Source: Limnothrix sp. BL-A-16 (GTDB lineage: Bacteria > Cyanobacteriota > Cyanobacteriia > CACIAM-69d). From it: a stretch of 64,000 nucleotides of DNA. This document shows, in pieces, positions 20,169-30,976 of this stretch. Under the pieces are notes generated by a model. The model made no database searches, was not told the DNA's origin, and was given only the letters and a program-made list of their open reading frames with translations. The stretch covers positions 2,048,001 to 2,112,000 of the forward strand of contig CP166615.1 in NCBI GenBank assembly GCA_041937175.2, given 5' to 3'. Position numbers and translations under genes: made by a program. Within the stretch, counting starts at the first letter, position 1. Each line of letters opens with the position of its first letter.

Positions 20169-21212
20169 TTAATCCCGTGACCGATCGCCCTGCTCAGTTT
20201 GGCCGCTGGCAGACTCGGCCGGCAACCAAACCAGCCAACGATCAAGCACCCGCACCACAGCCCCCTGAGGTAGGGAGCGGGTTTGGCTGCCCTGGGGCGC
20301 GGTCACCAAGGCCAACACCGCCGCCACTTGGGCGTAGGTGGGCGATCGGGCGGTCTGTTGGGTCAACCAGCAACGCAACACCCGCCGCTGAAGGGCGATC
20401 GGCTCCCGTTGCAGTTGCGTGCGATCGAGCCGATCGCCCCCATTGCCCAGGTCTGGCCCAGCGAGATTGTGCCCATGGGTCTCCAGCCATTGGGCGGTGA
20501 GCTGTTCCAACCATTGGGCCTCATCCGCCAACAGTTCCGCCGTTTGGGCCAAGTGGCGTTCCACCTGGGGGTTAAACGCTGCTCGCAACAGGGGCAACAC
20601 CTGCGATCGCAACCGGTTCCGAAAATAGCGCTGATCCTGATTGGTGCTGTCTTCCCAGCGGGGTAGCTGCCAAGTTTGGCAAAATTCCGCCGTTTCTGCC
20701 CTTGTCCAATCCAGCAGCGGGCGCACCAATTGCAGCGACCCGAGCGATCGTTGCCAATCCAAAGACCCCAGACCATCGCCCCCACTGCCGCGAATTAAAT
20801 GATGCAACAAGGTTTCTGCCCGATCGCTGGCCGTATGTCCCGTCACGATCGCGCTGCACCGGTGCTGTTGGGCCAAGCTGCTCAGGGCATCGTAGCGCCA
20901 GGTGCGGGCGGCCGCCTCGTTGGCTTGGGGTGCGTCCCAGGTAGCCAAAACGGCGGGCAATCCCCAATCGTTGGCTAATTGAATCACAAAGTCCCCATTG
21001 GCGGCCGCATCGGAGCGCCAACCGTGGTTACAGTGCCCCACCACCAATTCCCAATCCCAAAGGCGGCGTAAATCCACCAACAACCGCAACAGGCCGATCG
21101 AATCTTGGCCGCCGGAAACAGCCACCAACACCCTGGTTCCGATCGGGAGCAGGCCGCGCGATCGCAGGGTCTGGTGAAAACGGGCATGTTGATCACTCCA
21201 GGGTTCCGCCAC
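20169..21212 (-). CDS. tilS: tRNA(Ile)-lysidine synthase
   Basis: PP-loop VAVSGGQDS, GHTASDRAET, RPLL, EDSTN and RNRLR. Confidence 0.95.
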   Translation of the reverse strand: MAEPWSDQHARFHQTLRSRGLLPIGTRVLVAVSGGQDSIGLLRLLVDLRRLWDWELVVGHCNHGWRSDAAANGDFVIQLANDWGLPAVLATWDAPQANEAAARTWRYDALSSLAQQHRCSAIVTGHTASDRAETLLHHLIRGSGGDGLGSLDWQRSLGSLQLVRPLLDWTRAETAEFCQTWQLPRWEDSTNQDQRYFRNRLRSQVLPLLRAAFNPQVERHLAQTAELLADEAQWLEQLTAQWLETHGHNLAGPDLGNGGDRLDRTQLQREPIALQRRVLRCWLTQQTARSPTYAQVAAVLALVTAPQGSQTRSLPQGAVVRVLDRWLVWLPAESASGQTEQGDRSRD

Positions 21213-21284
21213 CCTTACTGTTCCCCCTGCACCTCAAGGAGTGGAATCGCCTAGGACTATCAATGAGCACTCTAGGACTATTGC

Positions 21285-23354
21285 CTAGAACTTGGGCAAC
21301 TCAACGGCGGCTAACGAATCGCGCCGTTTGCGAGCCTTGGCCAAGGTGGGAGCGGGCCATTGGGGTAACGGTTCCGAGGTCGCCACTGGAGTCGATCGCG
21401 CCGGCCAATCCATCAACTCCGCTTCCAGGGAAAGAACCTCCGCCAAAGGCGTTGCTAAATCTTCCCCATCAATGGGTTCAAGATCAATAGGTTCAATGGA
21501 TTCCATCGAATCCGGTTTCCGAGATCGATCGCTTAGATCCAGTCGATCAGGCTCCGACAGTGGATCAAAGTCCGGCGAATGGGAGTCCAGGGGATACAAA
21601 TCAATCGAAGGGCGGGCCGGGCGATCGCGCTGGGTTGATTCGGCTTCGATCATCCCTAAATCTGCCAGCGGGGGCGAACTGCTGTGGTGCGGTTCGGTCA
21701 AGGGCAGTTGGATCGATCGCCTCGGAGCGGGGGCCGGCAGGGGGGAAACTGGGCTGGGCAAATCCGCTGCCTCGGTCTCCGCCAAGGCCATCAACTTAGC
21801 CAACAGATCGCTTTGCTCCGTGGGACTGAGGGGGCGGGGCCAATCGCTCAACCACAGAGCATCGGCTAGATCATCGAGGCCATCGGGATCCAGACCCGCG
21901 AGGTCATCGGTTGCCGCCGCGTCCGGCAGGGATTCCCACTCGGAGGCCGCCCCATCGAACCCGATCGGGGGAAAAGCCTTGGGGGTAAGGTCTTGTGCAT
22001 GATTAGCATGATCGGCCGATGCATGATCGATCGCCGCCAATTGTGCTTGCTGCCGGATTTGATAGGACAAATTTGGTGCGGTTTGCTCTAGATCCCAATT
22101 CAGCAAGGCCAAAATTTCTTCAGTCCGAATAGCATCGATCGGGTCGGCCGTCAGTTCCGCAGGCGGCTCCGGTGCTTGGGTCGAGATTGCCGTTGCCTCC
22201 AAATCGCCATCAGCCCAATCCCCATCAGTCCAACCCTGATCAACCCATTGATCCTCGTGATCATCAATCAAGTCACCTTGATCATCAGTCAAGTCACCTT
22301 GATCATCAGTCAAGTCACCACTGCCCAAGGAGGACGGCTCAGATTGCGCCAGGGCCGCTGGATTTGCCAACGATCGGGGTTCTGTTTCGTTCAAGGGCGG
22401 CAACACCGATCGCCCATATTCCTGCTCCAGGCATTGTTCCAAGGCGGTTCGTAGTTGCAGGGTTTGCCGTTGTTGGCGCTTGAGGCGTTCCTGCAAGTCC
22501 TGTTGCCGCCCTTGCAGTTGCATCAACTCATCGGCTTGCTTTAAGCACTGCTCTTGCAGCAATGCACAGGCCCGCTCCAGTTGGGCAATGCGTCCCCGAT
22601 CGCAGGCCTCCTGCTGCACCCACTCCGCCCGTTCCCGATCCTGTTGGGCTAACTGAGCTTGGGCCGCTGCCAAGGCTTCGGCCAGGCGTGCCGCCTCCTG
22701 TTTGGTGCTCTCAAAATCCCGTGATCGCGCGTCGTAGAGGGCCTGTTGGGTTTGGGCCCGCATTTGTTGCAAATCCAGGGTGGCCCGGCATTCCGCCACC
22801 GCCGTTTCCAAGCGGGTCACCTGTTGCCGCAATTGCTCGTTTTCTTGGTTCAGGGACTCCGCCACCGCCACCAATTGGGCCACATCTGTGGGCCCGGTGG
22901 GCAACCCGCCTGAGGAGCGATCGGCCCTGAGTCGGGAGTTACCCAGCCGGGAACCATGCAGCCGGGAATGATTCGGAGAAGACTGATTGAACGAAGCATC
23001 ATTCAGCCGAGAGCCGCCATTATTGGGTTCTTCACGCTGGAATGGAAGTTCCGCAGGCGATCGGGCTGGCCGATTCCCTGACCAATAGGGCTGCAAAACG
23101 TCCGTGCCCGATCGCGCCGGCCCCGTTGCTGCTGGGTTGGTGCTGCTGGGATTAGGGATTTGGGGATTGATCATCTCGGAACTCGGGTTCGCTCCCGATT
23201 CCATCCGATCGCCCCGATCGGCCAGGTGATCCAGGGCCGCATCCGCTCCGTCATCCGCTCCATCCTCAACCAATGCTTCCAAAGACAGTGCTCCCGGAAA
23301 ATTAACCGTCGTCCAGTCTTGGTCAGAATCAGGGCAAGGGGGCGTTAAATCCAT
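21285..23354 (-). CDS. Coiled-coil protein with long acidic disordered regions
   Basis: Central Q/E/L/R heptad-rich segment; acidic linker; C-terminal LAAVELPKF. Confidence 0.65.
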   Translation of the reverse strand: MDLTPPCPDSDQDWTTVNFPGALSLEALVEDGADDGADAALDHLADRGDRMESGANPSSEMINPQIPNPSSTNPAATGPARSGTDVLQPYWSGNRPARSPAELPFQREEPNNGGSRLNDASFNQSSPNHSRLHGSRLGNSRLRADRSSGGLPTGPTDVAQLVAVAESLNQENEQLRQQVTRLETAVAECRATLDLQQMRAQTQQALYDARSRDFESTKQEAARLAEALAAAQAQLAQQDRERAEWVQQEACDRGRIAQLERACALLQEQCLKQADELMQLQGRQQDLQERLKRQQRQTLQLRTALEQCLEQEYGRSVLPPLNETEPRSLANPAALAQSEPSSLGSGDLTDDQGDLTDDQGDLIDDHEDQWVDQGWTDGDWADGDLEATAISTQAPEPPAELTADPIDAIRTEEILALLNWDLEQTAPNLSYQIRQQAQLAAIDHASADHANHAQDLTPKAFPPIGFDGAASEWESLPDAAATDDLAGLDPDGLDDLADALWLSDWPRPLSPTEQSDLLAKLMALAETEAADLPSPVSPLPAPAPRRSIQLPLTEPHHSSSPPLADLGMIEAESTQRDRPARPSIDLYPLDSHSPDFDPLSEPDRLDLSDRSRKPDSMESIEPIDLEPIDGEDLATPLAEVLSLEAELMDWPARSTPVATSEPLPQWPAPTLAKARKRRDSLAAVELPKF

Positions 23355-23525
23355 AGTCGCTGCTCGGGCCGTTTCGCAAGCATCCCAACAAAGGGTGGCT
23401 TTCTCAGTAACGCATACAATTTTCTGGAGTGCAATTTTTTCTGGAGTGCAATCCACAAAACGCTAATCTGACGTTTTAGTAATGGGATTCAATGATGGGC
23501 CACTCCCTGATTGTGCTCCCTGATT

Positions 23526-24482
23526 TTAAGGTTGCCACCCCCACCAGAGCCGCGCCCCAACGATCAACAACAGCACCCCGATCGCCACCCCATCCCGGGC
23601 CCGCAACCGGGGCACAGACAGGGGCAAAGAATGACGATCGGGACTGGTGAACCCGCGTACTTGCATGGCGGTGGCCATCTGTTCCGCCCGCATCAGCAGA
23701 TTTTCCAGCAAGCGTTCCGCCAAAATCAGCCAAATTTTGACCGTGCCGCGCCAACCCAGCCGCCGCCAGTTGATGGCGCGGGTGCGAATCGATCGAACCA
23801 GATTTTGCACCTCTTCCAACACCAGCGGAATGAACCGCAGGGAAAGGGTCAAGGTCAGGGTCACTTCTGCCACGGGCAGGCCCAAGCGTCCCAAAGGAGC
23901 CATCAAGCTTTCTAAACCCGCTGCGATTTCCTCGGGAGCCGTGGTCAACAAAAACAGCGTGGTGCTGTAAATCAAAATGAAGACCAAACTGCCAACTCGC
24001 ACGCCCAAACCCAGCGATCGCCGGGACACCTTCAACCAGCCCTGTTGCACCAACCAATATCGATAGGAGGTGGGCTGGGGCAAGGCTTCAGGCGCGATCG
24101 CCTGGCCCGCTGGGGCTGAGCCGCTGGCCGGGTATGGGTTGTTAACCCCGCTCAAATTAGGCCAATTCAAGTCCGCAGGCGATCGAGGTTGATATTTCAG
24201 GCCATAGCCATCGGGAGACAGGGCCGTGAGCAAGGTGGCAAAAAAGCCCACCAGCAACAACCAAACCAACTGCTGTCGCCAAACTCGCCAGGGAATCCCG
24301 GCCCCCACGGTCAACAGCACCAGCAAGGCCACCAACCCCAACCGAGCCACTCCGCTGGCCAAAACGGGCATCAGCAGAAAAGCCAACAGCCAACCCAGCT
24401 TCACCCGAGAATCCAGGCGATGGAGCCAGGTGACCGGTTGCTCAAGGTACAGCCCCAAGGGGAGCGATCGCATTAAGTCCAT
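23526..24482 (-). CDS. ecfT: ECF transporter transmembrane T component (CbiQ/EcfT family)
   Basis: LHRLDSRVKL, LSLRFIPLVLEE, IRTRA and MQVRGF motifs. Confidence 0.88.
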   Translation of the reverse strand: MDLMRSLPLGLYLEQPVTWLHRLDSRVKLGWLLAFLLMPVLASGVARLGLVALLVLLTVGAGIPWRVWRQQLVWLLLVGFFATLLTALSPDGYGLKYQPRSPADLNWPNLSGVNNPYPASGSAPAGQAIAPEALPQPTSYRYWLVQQGWLKVSRRSLGLGVRVGSLVFILIYSTTLFLLTTAPEEIAAGLESLMAPLGRLGLPVAEVTLTLTLSLRFIPLVLEEVQNLVRSIRTRAINWRRLGWRGTVKIWLILAERLLENLLMRAEQMATAMQVRGFTSPDRHSLPLSVPRLRARDGVAIGVLLLIVGARLWWGWQP

Positions 24483-24505
24483 GAACGGCAGCGCCTAGGG
24501 CAGCG

Positions 24506-25738
24506 CTAGTTGGCGAGCGTATCAAACCGCACGAGAGATTGGCGCTGCTCGATCGGCTGGTACGATGCCCCATGTTCACCCGTGTAGATTTGGGTGGGTC
24601 GGAAGATGCGATTGGTGGACAGTTGTTCGCGCCAGTGAGCTAACCAACCGGCCACGCGGGCGATCGCGAAAACCGGCGTGAACAGATCCGTCGGGATGCC
24701 CAGGCGACGATAAACCAAGCCCGAGTAGAAGTCCACGTTGGGGTAAATGCCCTTGTGGCCCAGGCGATCGGACACGACGCGCTCCACTTCCAAGGCCAAG
24801 TCGTAATATTGGTCGCGGCCCAAGTTGTCAAACAGTTCTTCTGCGAGGCTTTGCAGCACCGTGGCCCTTGGATCTTTGACCTTGTACACCCGGTGACCAA
24901 AACCCATAATTTTTTGCTTTTCCGCGATGCAGCGATCGATGTAGGGAACCACATTCTCGATCGAGCCGATCGCCTCCAGCATATCGATCACTTCCTCATT
25001 CGCCCCGCCGTGCAGCGGCCCCGCCAGCGTGCCCACCGCCGAAGCCACCACCGCGTAGGGGTCGGTCATGGTGGAAGCGGTCACCATGGCCGAGAAGGTG
25101 GATGCATTGATCGTGTGCTCCGCATGGAGGATCAAGCAGGTGTCAAACACCCGGGCCGCCAGGGGAGCCGGCTCGCGCTCATTGAGCATGTACAGGAAGT
25201 TGGCCGCATAGCCCAAATCATCCCGAGGCTGAATCGGGTCATTGCCCTTGCGGATCGACTGGAAGGCCGCCACCATCGTTGGAATCTTCGCTAGCAACCG
25301 AATGGCCGCTTGGCGGATGTAGGCCGGGTTGGGCAGGGCCCGCCGCGAATAAAACAGCCCCAGGGCCGCGGCCGAAGCTTGCAGCGCATCCATCGGGTGG
25401 CCGCTTTCCGGGAAACATTTCATCATGTCCCGAATCCGAAACTTCACCCGCCGATGATAGCGAATGTCATGCTCAAATTCTTCCAGCTCTTCCCGGGTGG
25501 GCAAACAGCCCCAAATCAACAAAAAGGTGGTTTCCAGGAAGGTGCTATGCCGCGCCAACTCCTCGATCGCCATCCCTCGATATTCCAAGATGCCGTTTTT
25601 GCCATCCACATAACTGATGGCCGATTGGGTTGCGGGAACACCTTCGAGACCCGGCCGGAATTCACAGGCAGGGGCAGCCGTTTTGGCTGAATCGCCAGTG
25701 CTTTCGTTGACGCGATCGGAGGTCGCTGGTGTAGCCAT
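24506..25738 (-). CDS. gltA: Citrate synthase
   Basis: GLEGVPA, LHAEHTINAST, GPLHGGANE, MGFGHRVY and YPNVDFYSG. Confidence 0.97.
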   Translation of the reverse strand: MATPATSDRVNESTGDSAKTAAPACEFRPGLEGVPATQSAISYVDGKNGILEYRGMAIEELARHSTFLETTFLLIWGCLPTREELEEFEHDIRYHRRVKFRIRDMMKCFPESGHPMDALQASAAALGLFYSRRALPNPAYIRQAAIRLLAKIPTMVAAFQSIRKGNDPIQPRDDLGYAANFLYMLNEREPAPLAARVFDTCLILHAEHTINASTFSAMVTASTMTDPYAVVASAVGTLAGPLHGGANEEVIDMLEAIGSIENVVPYIDRCIAEKQKIMGFGHRVYKVKDPRATVLQSLAEELFDNLGRDQYYDLALEVERVVSDRLGHKGIYPNVDFYSGLVYRRLGIPTDLFTPVFAIARVAGWLAHWREQLSTNRIFRPTQIYTGEHGASYQPIEQRQSLVRFDTLAN

Positions 25739-25755
25739 AGGGCAAGGGCAGAAAA

Positions 25756-26322
25756 CTATAGGAATAATCGGGGAGGGGTCAGCCAAAAGAGCTGGCTGCA
25801 ACCAAGAGGAGAACCCATGGGGGGCAAAATCAAACCAATAATACCTGCTTTTTTCAGCACGATTGTGTCCCGTGCATCATTGATCGGGTTTCCATCGCCC
25901 CAGATCAGTTGGTTGGCCCACTGGCTGAGGGTGGGTTCGTGGCCCACCAGGGCCAGCCGCAGCCGGGAAGAGGGCTTGGCGGGAAAGGCGGCTTGGGCCA
26001 GGTGCTGGGTTCGCCACTGATCGTAGCGCTCTAACCAGGGGTCGATCGCCCGATCGGGGGTCAGTTCGGGCCAAGTCTCCACTTGGGCGGCCAAGCCCGC
26101 CCCTTGCAGAATGGCGGCGGTTTCCCGGGCCCGCACGAGGGGGCTGGTGACCAGGGTGTCAAAGAATAGCTTCTGTTCCCGCAGCCGATCGGCCATGGCG
26201 TGGGTTTTAGTTTGGCCCGCAGGGGTGAGGGGGCGATCGTCATCGTTAACATAGGTGCCGCGTTCGGCGGCGATGCCATGGCGAATTAAATACAGCTCAA
26301 TGGCAGAAATCACGGAGGACAT
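25756..26322 (-). CDS. sixA: Phosphohistidine phosphatase SixA
   Basis: LYLIRHG, RPLT, TSPLVRARETA and LVGHEP. Confidence 0.92.
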   Translation of the reverse strand: MSSVISAIELYLIRHGIAAERGTYVNDDDRPLTPAGQTKTHAMADRLREQKLFFDTLVTSPLVRARETAAILQGAGLAAQVETWPELTPDRAIDPWLERYDQWRTQHLAQAAFPAKPSSRLRLALVGHEPTLSQWANQLIWGDGNPINDARDTIVLKKAGIIGLILPPMGSPLGCSQLFWLTPPRLFL

Positions 26323-26421
26323 GGAGGTTTTAGCCAAACCGGTAGCCAAACCAGGTTAGCCAACTCCGGGTTTCTCATCAAATTTTCAAAAATTTTCAAA
26401 AATTTCTAATTTCCGCCGTGG

Positions 26422-29400
26422 CTAGACCGCCGCTTGCCCGATCGAGGGGTGATTGGCTCGCACACAATAGCGATCGCGCCCGGCCTGCTTGGCACAGTAA
26501 AGGGCGGAATCGGCCATGGCAATCAGGGTCGCAGGTTTGCAGTCACTGCTAGGCACGAGGCAAGACACGCCAATGCTGACTGTCACAAAGGGGGCCACAA
26601 TCGATCGCTCATGGGGCAGTTGACGACCACGGATCCGGGTGCGGACTTGATGGGCAATGGCGATCGCCCCTTCCAAGGGAGTTTCCGGCAAAATAATCGC
26701 AAATTCCTCTCCCCCGTAGCGAGCCACCAAATCCGCCGGACGGCAAATCATGTCTGCCAACACCCGCGCCACTTGAATCAGGCAATCATCACCGGAGGGA
26801 TGGCCATAGCAATCGTTGTAGGCCTTGAAGCAGTCCACATCCAACAACAACAGGCTCAGGGGACGACCCGATCGCGCCAAGCGGGCCCACTCCCGCGCCA
26901 GGTGCTCATCGAATCCCCGTCGATTGGCCACTTGGGTTAGCCCATCCAGTTGCGCCAGGCGGGTTAGTTCTTGGTTGGCCCGCTGGAGTGCCTGTTCGGC
27001 CCGTTGCCGCTCCAAAATTTGAATTTCGAGCTGACGATTCGACTCAATCAGGGCTGCGGTGCGATTGGCCACTTCCGCTTCCAGCGATCGGGAATAGTTG
27101 GCCAGAATGGTGGCGGTTTTTTGGCGCTCGGTGATGTCTTGAAAGGTGACCACCGCATAGGTGACCTGCCCCGCTTCATCGGTGATGGGCACAGCCCGCA
27201 TTTCAAAGGGAATGCGCCTGCTGCCCCGATCGAGTTCAATGGTCTCCGTCACGGCCGCTTGGCCCGTTGCGCCCAACTGCACCGGGATCTGAGCCAGCTC
27301 AATGGGTTGATCGGTTCCGGCCCGATACAGGCGATCGGCCAGCGATACCGACAAGGGCGCAGCCGAATTTAAACTCGGGTCTAAGTTCGGATCTAAATTC
27401 AGCAGTTGTCGCCCCAAGCTGTTCAGGTAGAGCAGATCGCCCCCCGCTTGATAGACCGCCACCCCCACAGGCAACGCATCCAGAAACAGGGCAATTTTTC
27501 GCTCATGCTCGGCGGCCACTCGCTGTTGTTGCAGTTGCAGTTGGCGCACCTGCAAATGGGCCCGGGTGCGGGCAATCAGTTCGCTGGCCGTTACCGGTTT
27601 GGTGAGGTGATCATTAGCCCCTGCTGCCAAGCCGGCCACAATTTCTTGAGGACAGGCTCGCTCGCTTAACAGGACGATCGGCAAGGCCTGCGGCGACCAG
27701 GTTTGGCGCAACTGAGCAATCACCTCGTAACCCGTGAGATCGGGCATTCGCAAATCTAGCAACAGCAAGTCAGGCACAGGGCCTTGTTGAATTTGGGCCA
27801 GGGCCGATCGCCCGCTGAGGGCCACAGACACCCGAAACCCCGGTTCCAACGCCAACCAGTTGGCCAGCCCTTGCAAAATCAACGGATCATCATCCACCAC
27901 CAGGATGTGAGATGGCAGCAAATTGGGATCGGCGGTGGTTGGGGGCTGGGGCTGGGGCGCTGTCCAATGGTGGCTGGGGGCGATCTGGAGGGTGGGGGAT
28001 CCCTCTGTCCAGGCGATCGGGATTGTGAAACTGATGCGCTCGCGGGTTGTGGGAGCAGCAGTCGTTGTGCGATCTCCCGAGGAACTCTCCGGATGATTTC
28101 CCGAGTGATCCCCCCAGCCATGGCCGCAGACATCCCCCAAAGCCAGAGTTCCCCCATGTAATTCCACCAGGCGCTTGGTGATGGTTAAGCTCAGGCCACC
28201 AATGGAATCTAACTGAGCTGGCTCTAGGACTAGGGACGGGGGAGAATCAGCCATCATGGGCAGCACCGCACCCCCCTGAGCAAGGGCCGACTCTTGCCCC
28301 CAAGACCCGATCGCCGGTTCCGGGCCCCGATCGAGCGTTGACACCCGCACCATATCTTGCTCAGACAAAAACTCAGCCGTAATCAGAATCTGTTGGCCCG
28401 CAGTCTGTTGAATTGCATAGTCCAATAGATTCAGCAAAATTTGCTGGAGCCGATCGGGGTCGGCCATTACTGGCGGCAACTGGTCAGGAATTTGCATCAC
28501 CATGGTCAGATGCCGTCGATCGGCCAGGGGCTGCAACATCGTGATCGCCACCTGCACCGCCGATCGCAAATCGATCGCCTGCGGATCCAAACGCACATCC
28601 CCGTAACGCAACCGCGCCACATCCAGCAAATCATTCACCAAGTTTTGCAGGCGCTGATTACTGGTCAACAACAGTTCCAAATTCGTTTTTTGCAGGGAAG
28701 TCAGCGGGCCGCCCGTCCCCCGCAACAAAGACTCCACAATCGCAATCATCCCCGCCAAGGGCGACCGCAAAGCATGGGAAGTACTGGCCAAGAACTCATC
28801 CTTGAGCCGATCGATCCGTCGTAGCTCCTGATTTTGGGCCGTCAGTTGAATAAAAGCCCCCTCCACGCAATTGGCCATGAAGTTAAAGGCCCGGGCCAAT
28901 TCCCCCAGGCGATCGGGGCGATCGTCCCCCGTCACCCGTCGCTGCCACTGGCCACTGGCCAACGCTTGGGCCGCCTCATGCACCTCCATCAACGGCCGCG
29001 TCACCCAATGGGCCAAACCCCAGCCCGTCAACCCCGCCAGCACCATTGCACCGCCACACAACCCCCAAATCAGCCACAGGTTGTGCTCCAGGGGACTGCT
29101 ATAGACCTGATGGGGAGTCACCACCACCAACCACCAGTCCAAACCGCTGGCATCGTTGAACGGCCGCAAAAAAACGGCGTACTGTTCCTCATCGACCGTC
29201 ATGGTGGCCTGGCGATCCTGAAGCGGTTGCTGACCCTGAATTAACCGCATCGCGGCCCGGGCCGCCTCCGCCGTCACGGGGTTTTCGCTGTTGGTGGCTG
29301 CCAGGCGCTGGCGACCCCCTCCAGCCAACGGCAGCACCACCGGTTTTTCCCCCGTGGAAGCAGCAATTAAATGGCCGCTCCGTTCCAAGATCAGGAGTTG

Positions 29401-30126
29401 CCCCGGCTTTCCCGCCTGCATCGTGGCCAGCCGTTGCCCCAGATGCGAAAGCCGCAACCCCGCCATTAACACGCCTAACGGATTGCCCCGATCGCCCCAC
29501 AACGGTTGAGTCACACTTAAATAAGTTGTAGTTTTCTGAAAGGGGGGATCAATAATGCTCCAAGTGGGTTCCCCTGTCCCGACCGCCATTCGATACCAAG
29601 GTTGCTGTCGAAAATCTGGATTGGGAACGTTGGGCAAACAATCAACCTGGGCCTGGCGATCGCCCTGATGGTTCACGAGATAGCGACAAAGCTCCCCGGT
29701 GCCGGTAGTGCTACGGATCAGCAGCTTGCCCCGACTGTGACGCTCAACCCCCGTAAACTCCCCGGTGGCCGTTGCGAATCCCACCCAATCCACATCATCA
29801 CTGGTAATCACCTGATTCCACAGGTAGCGATCGAGTTGAACCCCTTGGGGCATGGTGTTGGTTTGTTGAATTCGCTGGCCTGCGACCGGGCGCAAATTAT
29901 TCGCATTCCGTTGGTTCGCATCTTGCAACCCGCGCAAGACCTCCTGCAACAGGTCATCGGCGCGCTCGGCCGTATCTCGCTGCATTTGCGCCAACACGCC
30001 CAAAATGGACGATTTGCCGCCGGCATAGGACAAATATCCCACCAAGCTCACGATCACCAAGATTTGCGCCATAAATGGCACAACCAACACGATCGGGAGT
30101 GGCAAACGTCGCAACTGCTGAATCAT
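26422..30126 (-). CDS. Membrane dCache-HAMP-HisKA-HATPase(degenerate)-REC-PAS-GGDEF diguanylate cyclase
   Basis: Two TM helices around a Cache-like domain; HAMP; SHALRSPL; receiver LLDLRMP; RPAD I-site and RYGGEEF. Confidence 0.85.
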   Translation of the reverse strand: MIQQLRRLPLPIVLVVPFMAQILVIVSLVGYLSYAGGKSSILGVLAQMQRDTAERADDLLQEVLRGLQDANQRNANNLRPVAGQRIQQTNTMPQGVQLDRYLWNQVITSDDVDWVGFATATGEFTGVERHSRGKLLIRSTTGTGELCRYLVNHQGDRQAQVDCLPNVPNPDFRQQPWYRMAVGTGEPTWSIIDPPFQKTTTYLSVTQPLWGDRGNPLGVLMAGLRLSHLGQRLATMQAGKPGQLLILERSGHLIAASTGEKPVVLPLAGGGRQRLAATNSENPVTAEAARAAMRLIQGQQPLQDRQATMTVDEEQYAVFLRPFNDASGLDWWLVVVTPHQVYSSPLEHNLWLIWGLCGGAMVLAGLTGWGLAHWVTRPLMEVHEAAQALASGQWQRRVTGDDRPDRLGELARAFNFMANCVEGAFIQLTAQNQELRRIDRLKDEFLASTSHALRSPLAGMIAIVESLLRGTGGPLTSLQKTNLELLLTSNQRLQNLVNDLLDVARLRYGDVRLDPQAIDLRSAVQVAITMLQPLADRRHLTMVMQIPDQLPPVMADPDRLQQILLNLLDYAIQQTAGQQILITAEFLSEQDMVRVSTLDRGPEPAIGSWGQESALAQGGAVLPMMADSPPSLVLEPAQLDSIGGLSLTITKRLVELHGGTLALGDVCGHGWGDHSGNHPESSSGDRTTTAAPTTRERISFTIPIAWTEGSPTLQIAPSHHWTAPQPQPPTTADPNLLPSHILVVDDDPLILQGLANWLALEPGFRVSVALSGRSALAQIQQGPVPDLLLLDLRMPDLTGYEVIAQLRQTWSPQALPIVLLSERACPQEIVAGLAAGANDHLTKPVTASELIARTRAHLQVRQLQLQQQRVAAEHERKIALFLDALPVGVAVYQAGGDLLYLNSLGRQLLNLDPNLDPSLNSAAPLSVSLADRLYRAGTDQPIELAQIPVQLGATGQAAVTETIELDRGSRRIPFEMRAVPITDEAGQVTYAVVTFQDITERQKTATILANYSRSLEAEVANRTAALIESNRQLEIQILERQRAEQALQRANQELTRLAQLDGLTQVANRRGFDEHLAREWARLARSGRPLSLLLLDVDCFKAYNDCYGHPSGDDCLIQVARVLADMICRPADLVARYGGEEFAIILPETPLEGAIAIAHQVRTRIRGRQLPHERSIVAPFVTVSIGVSCLVPSSDCKPATLIAMADSALYCAKQAGRDRYCVRANHPSIGQAAV

Positions 30127-30895
30127 GAAAACGGTTTTCTGATCAAGGTTTTCTGCTCAATTGAGGTTGCGGCATCATCTAGGCTTGCCAAGCAGCGACC
30201 AAACTCAACCTCGATCCCATCCCAACCCCAGCAACGGTTCACGACAGTAGCCCCTAGCGATAGCTATCTATTCCCACCTGGCGATTGACCGAATTTTGCT
30301 GCACAACGAAACCAACTGCGAGTGATCGATTATCTGAACTCTGTCATTTTAGTGATTTGTGATTACTCTAAACTGACTCAGCAATCAGGGTTTCAGACCC
30401 AGATCACTCGATCGCGGGGTTCCCGTGGGCTAATTTCTTTGAGAATAATCCACCCTAATCAAGGTTTTTCATTCATTGTTTGTCTAAATGTTTTCAAAAG
30501 TGTGAATTATGTTCGGAAATCGCAATTTTTTTGAAATTATTGTGAATCTTGGTTTGTTTTTGGCAATTTCCGCAAAACAAGCCTTGAGGAAATCAATTTT
30601 TCTCAGACAAAAATTTCGTAAGAGTCTTTAGAGTTCCTCAAGATTAAGATAGACCAAATTTGAAAAATCGGGGGCCACCGCCACTCCCTGCGCCGGGGGC
30701 AATTGGTTAATAGCTCACTCTACAAAGATGAGTTGATACAGAAAAATTTACAAAAACAGCCAAGATTCCCAAAATCAGTTCACTCAACTCAAGTTTGATC
30801 GATTCAAGTTCGATCACCATCCCCTAGAACATTTCCCTGAGAGGATGTCTGAGAAGTATCTTTCGGCCCGAACTAAGCACCAATAGTCGTGGCAG

Positions 30896-30915
30896 CAAGG
30901 GGCTTAAGCCCCTTG
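30896..30915. repeat. REP-like perfect palindrome CAAGGGGCTTAAGCCCCTTG
   Basis: Identical to the copies at 5189, 35935 and 56949. Confidence 0.85.
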
Positions 30916-30976
30916 TTTCCGTCGATCGCTGGAGCATACAGAGTAGCAATTTTGGCTTTTCAGACATCCTCTGAGG

